A stretch of 55,962 nt of DNA, the filler included, from Basidiobolus ranarum (lineage: Eukaryota): the NCBI GenBank assembly GCA_040143965.1. It is 5 parts of 5 records of this genome, joined end to end, with 100 filler letters (N's around TTAATTAATTAA, not from the genome) between each part and the next. Parts side by side here need not be neighbours in the genome. Positions count along the whole stretch, not along the records: positions 44,874 to 55,962 come from JASJQH010007514.1; 4 more parts are not named here. One strand, 5' to 3'. How positions within the stretch are numbered: the stretch's first letter is position 1; each line of letters opens with the position of its first letter. Made by a program: the position numbers and the translations under genes. The notes beneath the pieces are model-generated. The model made no database searches, was not told the DNA's origin, and was given only the letters and a program-made list of their open reading frames with translations. Positions 49,763 through 55,962 of the stretch are shown in pieces.

Positions 49763-51533
49763 TGAACATCGGAACATATCTTTTGTATATATGTGAATGA
49801 TCTGAAAATTGGCCATGCCATACTGGAAATTGCAAAGTCGTCCTAATTGCCCCAAAGATAGCTTATTTTACTCCCACAGATGTCCTGAACACCATCTCAT
49901 TGATAATTTTCTGTAAATCCGCCGAAAAGTATAAATACTATATTTCTGGCCAATAACTAATTATCTCGCATGTTAACCACAACTTCATTTTCTCAATATG
50001 TTGGCGAAAACCTGAGAATATTGTATGAGTAATCCTCACCAACAAATGATAAATGAACAAATGATGTTGCTGAATAGAGTATGTGTTTGAGACTAATTGA
50101 TTGGCAAGTAGCAGTTTCTTTTTAGTAGATGAATTCCTATAACTGCTGATATAAGCTAAATTAGGTGTTGCCTAATACTGAATCTGTGATAAGGTAGCAG
50201 GAGGTAATTTAATCCAAGAAATATTAGAGTAGAAAGCTTACATATTCATATATCCTATTTGGAATTGCTAACGTTAATTCGTTGAATATGAAGTCTCAGT
50301 CAAGATGTCTATTTTAGATATATCCGAAATCTGGAGAAAAGACAAAACTTTCAAAGTTGTCTATAATTCCCCAATCTTTCCTCTCAACATCCTTAACTTG
50401 CCATTGTGTTTATCCATTTCCGGTATAAGTACGATATAGCCTGATGCTTCATTTTTATGTAACTATAATTGCTTGGGACATTCTCTCAAAGGGAATATGG
50501 TGCTAAACTAATTTCACTCTTTTTAATCTCAAAAAGCATATATAATAATGCAGTGTAGAGGCCTAAGAATAATGGGCTCGATATAAGCTAACCCGCTATA
50601 ATCTTTCATCACCATATAATATGTTATCTATGTACTAGTTGCTATCACAGTAATATTTACTATATATATGTGGGCTTCAAAAATCCGTAGCTTGCTGCTA
50701 TTTAGAACCATTTCATTTTTGTATATTGTCAATATCCGGAAGGAATAAGTGTTCATATAAATATGCGATTTGGACTTAGCGGAAATGAAGTAAAAATATC
50801 GTGGTGGTATCCTAAGTGCCAGCTTAGTTGGGAAACATGTTTGGGGAGTTTTGAATGAGCTTAAAAATCTGAACTGATACAAGATATTCAGTATATAATA
50901 TGTTGGACAACCAGTATCTAATGATGGCGCTGATGTTGGATTCAGTCCGAATAACCTATAGATTCATTCACAACTGTGATAATGACGTATAGTCGTGATT
51001 TTCATGTAAAGACTTTTGAGGTGTTTGAAATCAGCCAGTAACGAAGACTCAACTGTGTCTCTTGCGTGAGACTCGATTTAGTTAAAATGTCCTAATTCTT
51101 ACTGGTTACACTTAATCATGTGTATAATGAGAAGAGCGGATTTATTCGAAGAGTATGTATAACAGTCACAGTGGCAATGACCAATCAATCCCATGATTGC
51201 GGAGACTTTATTCCCACTGTTACTTGGTATCTAGTTAGCGGCTATATGTAGAAGAAATGTGGCTAGTAAATGAAAGCGAATCTGTAAATGTACAATGACC
51301 GGGTAGGAGGCAACTAACTTGGCAGCATAAAGATATGACCTCTTAATGAAGGTGGATGTTGTTATCGTTCACTTATCTGTTTACAGGTTGAGGTTTATTA
51401 ACAAGAGAGTGATATTTGAAATACAGAAAGCACACCTAAGCGATGGGTATCTCATTCGCTTGACGTCGATTCGCCCGTATGTATTGGGAACAAATAAATT
51501 GAATGTAAACTAAATTAGATAATCGTTGTAAAA

Positions 51534-52253
51534 TTAATCGCTGCGTTCCCTGAAGAACCAACTATCTAAATCGCCTTGATCTCTCGCACTTATGTCTATG
51601 GAAGCATACATTTTATAACCCATGGCTCGAAGTGCGGCAAGAATGTTGACCAATAAAACACGTGCGCGAATTGCATCTTGGCCATTGGCCCACCACGGAT
51701 TACCAAGAAGTTTAAACTCCAATGAGCCATTGTAACACCGTTCGTTTTGAATTGTCCAGCAGTTGCGGACCGCTTCTCGAATGGCATCCTGAATTTCAGG
51801 CGGTGCACAGATTACTCTCAAACGGTCACTCTGATTGAAAGAAATTGAAAATATAACAGGCGAGCAAACAACTCCGGTATATTCAAAGAAAAGTGAGTCT
51901 TTGTCGGATTCTTTCTTGCTGATATCCACGGCTCCTAGGTATCTCCAGCCTTGTTGTTCCATATATCGTAACATTCTTACCAACAACAGTCGACTGGGCA
52001 CGGAGTCATCGCCTTGACCATACCAAGGGTTTCCATTTAGTTTAAATTCGGGTTGTTCATAATATTCTCGTTCATCTTGTATACCTCGGCCCCAACTATC
52101 CTTGAGCATATCACGAAAAGACATTCTCATATCTTTCGGCGTTCCAATAAGACGAATTTTATCGCTTTGGTTAAGAGAAATGCAGCAAACACTCGAGGAG
52201 AGCGATGTGGATGATTCATAGGACGGAAGAGTCATTTCTGCGTGCTTGGCCAT
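51534..52253 (-). CDS. Conserved protein of unknown function (copy 2, tandem paralog of 48160-48879)
   Basis: Colinear 239-aa paralog from the ATG at 52253; homologous 5' and 3' flanks. Confidence 0.85.
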   Translation of the reverse strand: MAKHAEMTLPSYESSTSLSSSVCCISLNQSDKIRLIGTPKDMRMSFRDMLKDSWGRGIQDEREYYEQPEFKLNGNPWYGQGDDSVPSRLLLVRMLRYMEQQGWRYLGAVDISKKESDKDSLFFEYTGVVCSPVIFSISFNQSDRLRVICAPPEIQDAIREAVRNCWTIQNERCYNGSLEFKLLGNPWWANGQDAIRARVLLVNILAALRAMGYKMYASIDISARDQGDLDSWFFRERSD

Positions 52254-53830
52254 GTTAAATGAAGGATTGTAGTTAGTGATAGTATAAAGGAATATTAGAT
52301 ACAACTTCCAAGTTAGGGGAAAACTAATTGGCTTCCTCGTCAGATTTAAATGATTTGGGTACTAAGGTTTGTTGCAACTCCAGTTTCCTTTTTAGTGTTG
52401 TAGCATGCTAATGGAAACAAGAACAATCCATTACATGTCGGAAACAATTATTTTAGCCATTGATCTATGTAGTGCACCGTGGCTTGGGAACGTACAAAAG
52501 GAGTTAATTAAGGTATATCTAAAAACCTGGTACTGTGCGTAGGATAGGCCAAAAAAACGCCAGCTACATTTCTGATTATGCATGTATCATGTCTCAAATG
52601 CTTATGAGCATTGAGACGTCGGTGACTTGCTCGGCAACTCTTGGCAAAACTTATATAGGGTGAATTATGTCATTTGAGTAGAATTCATGCCTCTTATTCA
52701 TGATTCAACCAACATGTGGTATATTAATTTCCATTTTACAGTTCTAGGTATGAATCACATTTTCATGGTGCGCCTAGGGTCCTAGAATTCTATCTTGAAA
52801 TCAGCCATATTTCCATTTTAGTGAACTAATTATAGTGTTACATATATTGTGCATGTTTCTAGACTAATCTTATCCTCTTCTACTCAAGCATTTAGTAGCG
52901 ATCTTTAAATGAGCCATGTAAATACATAGGAGTAGCTTGATAGTGCTACATGACCTCATGCAATACAGATAAAAGTGCAATGCTTGCCATTAGCTACCAT
53001 TATATTTAGGTTACTGGTTTTTTGTAATACGACAAGCATAAACCAAGTCTAGCTTTAGCTTAAGATTATACATCACAGCTGGAGCGCAATTATTAATCAT
53101 AGCTTCCATTTGGGATGCTTGGAATTTCAATGCATTTGTTGAATTCAGTCATGTCGCTAGTATCGGGAATCTTGATACATCCAAGTACTTGGCTTTCTTT
53201 CAACAGACAATTGAGGCCCACAAACATACTTGGGCTAATAATTACAATAATCGCAATTATAACACTTGCAATTTTGTGACAAGGCGAGCATCTATGATAA
53301 CTGGTGAAGTTTGGTCGTAATATGAGTTATGTCGTAATATACTTTAAGGGCCGTAAGTTAGGTAACATTGCTGTGATATATTTCGATGATGATGGTAAAT
53401 TTAAAAGCACCTAATTGTCTTCATCTCAGTCAGCTCCATTGACTTTCCTAAGTATTATCCAACGTGAGATATCATAGAGCCTGGAGTATTCCTTGGGCGA
53501 GATATATTCGTATCCTACTAGACTATTACTGCGGTAAAAGGTGTCATATATGGTTATATTAATTCAAGTGTACGTCAACGGGGACGATTCAAGTTGGTTT
53601 ATTCTTTATTCAACAATATCTAAATGCAAATCAAAAGTTTACAGAATACTACGAACCTATTGACACTCAATCTTAAGTCATGCACCAATAAAATGAACAC
53701 AGATACACTATAACAGCCAGAATTTTCAGTCAGTTTCATCATTTTTGGTTGACTTCACTTTTCTTGGAATGATTCCATCTGGTACAAATTTGGTAGTACT
53801 AGGTGAATCTAATGCGGGATTGACAAGTGA

Positions 53831-55962
53831 TTAAATTGTTAAAAATCCAGTTTGCTTCCAATATTGAATGTAACTAGATAGGAGAATCTCATCAATGATT
53901 GGGCAATTCTTGGCCAACGTACGGGATTTCCGACAGGTTAATTTGGTGTCTAATTTAATACTGGTAGGTCGTATCTCTGAGTGGGCCATTTTCTCAAGAT
54001 ATGGCAGTAAGGCAGTGATTGGATCTTCTCTTCGTAAAGTATCATTACTTTGAGCAAGTTGTAGCAGATTCGTCCACCATTCTTTTAACGGTAACAGCTG
54101 AATTGCACGACCTGAGCTGTAGCTGATAAACTCGATGAATTTGGTCCACTCCAAAGTAGGGTGGGGATTTACTTGATGATAAACATTGATGCTCTCTTGC
54201 TGATCCTTTGGATACGTGATCAGTTCACCTAAACTTCTAGCCCCAATGTTCACCGGAATCCAGTCAGTCGGCATAGTTACAATCGGTGAAAGTCCCGTAT
54301 TAATGGCATTACGGATGAGGATAGGAAACTGCTCACGGGTGTTCCAGGCACCAGTCTCACTATTACCCGAGATTTGGCCGTATCTGACAATTGTGACGGG
54401 CAGTCCTTGTTTCCCCATTCTCACCAGGGCCTCTTCCGCAACGAGTTTGGATCTGCCATATCCGTTAGGCATGGCAATACGAATATTTGCTGGGTGTGGA
54501 GTCTCAGGGATTAGTGGTCGTGTGTCTGCGCCACATGCGCCAATACTCGATATAAATATGTATCGCTTCAGCCCTGACTCGGATATTGCAAATTTGGCAA
54601 GGTTCAATGTTGGCACTAAGCATGTGGGCTCGAATGCCTCCAGGTTCGAGTTGAAGTCCATCCTCCATGCACCGTGATAAATGTGAGTGACATTGTTTCC
54701 GAGATACTCATAAGTCTCTGTGTTCAGGCCAAAATGTTCGTCATTCAGATCGCAAGGATACACAGTCAGTTTGACTTTGTTTGCTAACAAGGCTTGTGTA
54801 CTTAGGTTGACGTTTTCAAATGAATTCACCAACTTTCGATAACACGATTCCTCACTGTTTCCTCGGATTAAGCAATAAATATGATGGATCTTGTTATTTG
54901 TCAAAAGCTCATTGATTACATGAACTCCCAAGTAACCAGATCCACCTGTCATCAATATGCTGATCCCTTCTGGCTCATTCGCTGCTTGCTTTTGAGGCAG
55001 GGCAATATCTTTGATGGTGTACTTGTCTACAAACCTTTCAAAGTACTCATCCAGATCTACAAGGTCCTCTTCAGTACCATTAGGACACCTATCATCTCCA
55101 GCTTGCTGAATCAAGAACTGGGACAGACAATGTATGGTAGGGTGTTCAAATACAAAGGAGAATGGGAGATCCAAAAAACTGAACCTCTTTGAGATCGCAT
55201 TTCGGAACTGCATGGCAGCAATTGAATCCATTCCAAGTTCAATTAAAGAAGCATTGAAATCCTGAAAATGAACAGGCATCATCTCCAGAATGTTGGCAAT
55301 ACTAGTCTGTAGAAATTGGCAGATGTTGTCATGATCTAGTATGCGTTTCTTCGCGGTATTGAAAATGTGCGACCCAAGTGCGTCAATACTTGCATGATCA
55401 AATACAGATGAGAAAGGAAGATTGACATCTGGTATTTGAGAGCTGATTCTACTATGAAACTCCATTGCAGCGATTGAGTCCATTCCCATGTCAATTAGAG
55501 ATTTAGAATGGTCAGCAAACTTCTCACTGGGTAAGTCCAAGATTCGGGCAATGGTTTCTTGAAGGTATGCTTGAATAGAACGCTCATCCATGTCTATCTG
55601 TTGTGGGTTCTCCGATCTGTCATCGGTTTGTTTGTACAAGTCATCGATTTCTTGTGCATATTCAATCGTTATCTTCTTACGAGAAATATTACCTTTTGGA
55701 GTACATGGAAGAGTCTTATCAGGAGGCAATATGTAGATCATATTCTTTCGAATCCTGGAGTGCTTTGGGATTTGTCGATTGATGGTCTGCACCAAACCCA
55801 GAGTCAACTGACGGGATTTTTTTTCGTCCTGGCCCTGAGCAAGTTCCACTAGTAAGCATGTTCCTGATCTACCTGCACCTAGTATGGCCAGGTTCTTATA
55901 AATGCTTTTGCTTTCAGCCATAAGTTGCTTTTCTATTGGTAATGGTCGAGTCTTCTCACCAT
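53831..55962 (-). CDS. NRPS-like carboxylic acid reductase, (A)-T-T-R, 5'-partial
   Basis: The frame is open to the window edge (GEKTRPLPIE and LPCTPKGNISR = A-domain C-terminus). Two Ppant sites, MGMDSIAA and LGMDSIAA. R domain ILMTGGSGYLG and GYGRSK. Confidence 0.9.
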   Translation of the reverse strand, partial: GEKTRPLPIEKQLMAESKSIYKNLAILGAGRSGTCLLVELAQGQDEKKSRQLTLGLVQTINRQIPKHSRIRKNMIYILPPDKTLPCTPKGNISRKKITIEYAQEIDDLYKQTDDRSENPQQIDMDERSIQAYLQETIARILDLPSEKFADHSKSLIDMGMDSIAAMEFHSRISSQIPDVNLPFSSVFDHASIDALGSHIFNTAKKRILDHDNICQFLQTSIANILEMMPVHFQDFNASLIELGMDSIAAMQFRNAISKRFSFLDLPFSFVFEHPTIHCLSQFLIQQAGDDRCPNGTEEDLVDLDEYFERFVDKYTIKDIALPQKQAANEPEGISILMTGGSGYLGVHVINELLTNNKIHHIYCLIRGNSEESCYRKLVNSFENVNLSTQALLANKVKLTVYPCDLNDEHFGLNTETYEYLGNNVTHIYHGAWRMDFNSNLEAFEPTCLVPTLNLAKFAISESGLKRYIFISSIGACGADTRPLIPETPHPANIRIAMPNGYGRSKLVAEEALVRMGKQGLPVTIVRYGQISGNSETGAWNTREQFPILIRNAINTGLSPIVTMPTDWIPVNIGARSLGELITYPKDQQESINVYHQVNPHPTLEWTKFIEFISYSSGRAIQLLPLKEWWTNLLQLAQSNDTLRREDPITALLPYLEKMAHSEIRPTSIKLDTKLTCRKSRTLAKNCPIIDEILLSSYIQYWKQTGFLTI

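Noticed and set aside
54216..55852. Antisense ORFs over the CAR gene (and similar shadows over PAH, GDPD and the repeat protein)
   Set aside because: Shadow frames of real genes with no independent coding signal

Overview
Eukaryotic, intron-rich, AT-rich DNA. The gene content (phenylalanine hydroxylase, SPATA5L1/AFG2B, PH-domain PDK1, GSKIP-like) points to an early-diverging, non-Dikarya fungus; Basidiobolus-like is an inference only. The window is not one locus. It is five contigs (11135, 11128, 11108, 11102 and 11089 bp, sorted by size) joined by artificial N44-TTAATTAATTAA-N44 linkers. Contig 1: a Crinkler-type P-loop NTPase gene cut off at a telomere-like tract, a GSKIP-like gene, an orphan 46-aa-repeat protein, a CsbD-like protein and a 38-bp minisatellite. 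Contig 2: a CCC-terminated MITE pair, a CCCH zinc-finger gene broken at its intron, a LINE remnant, a secreted GDPD and a nested solo-LTR/Tc1 island. Contig 3: GH17, SPATA5L1, PDK1, PAH and a CBM19 protein. Contig 4: solo LTRs, a small secreted ORF and a C2H2 factor. Contig 5: a Gfo/Idh/MocA oxidoreductase, a tandem pair of unknown-domain genes and an (A)-T-T-R carboxylic-acid-reductase-like NRPS. Transposon islands are almost free of CpG, with sharp borders. I found no tRNA, rRNA or CRISPR array and no single unambiguous novel multi-gene system; the best leads are in the findings.
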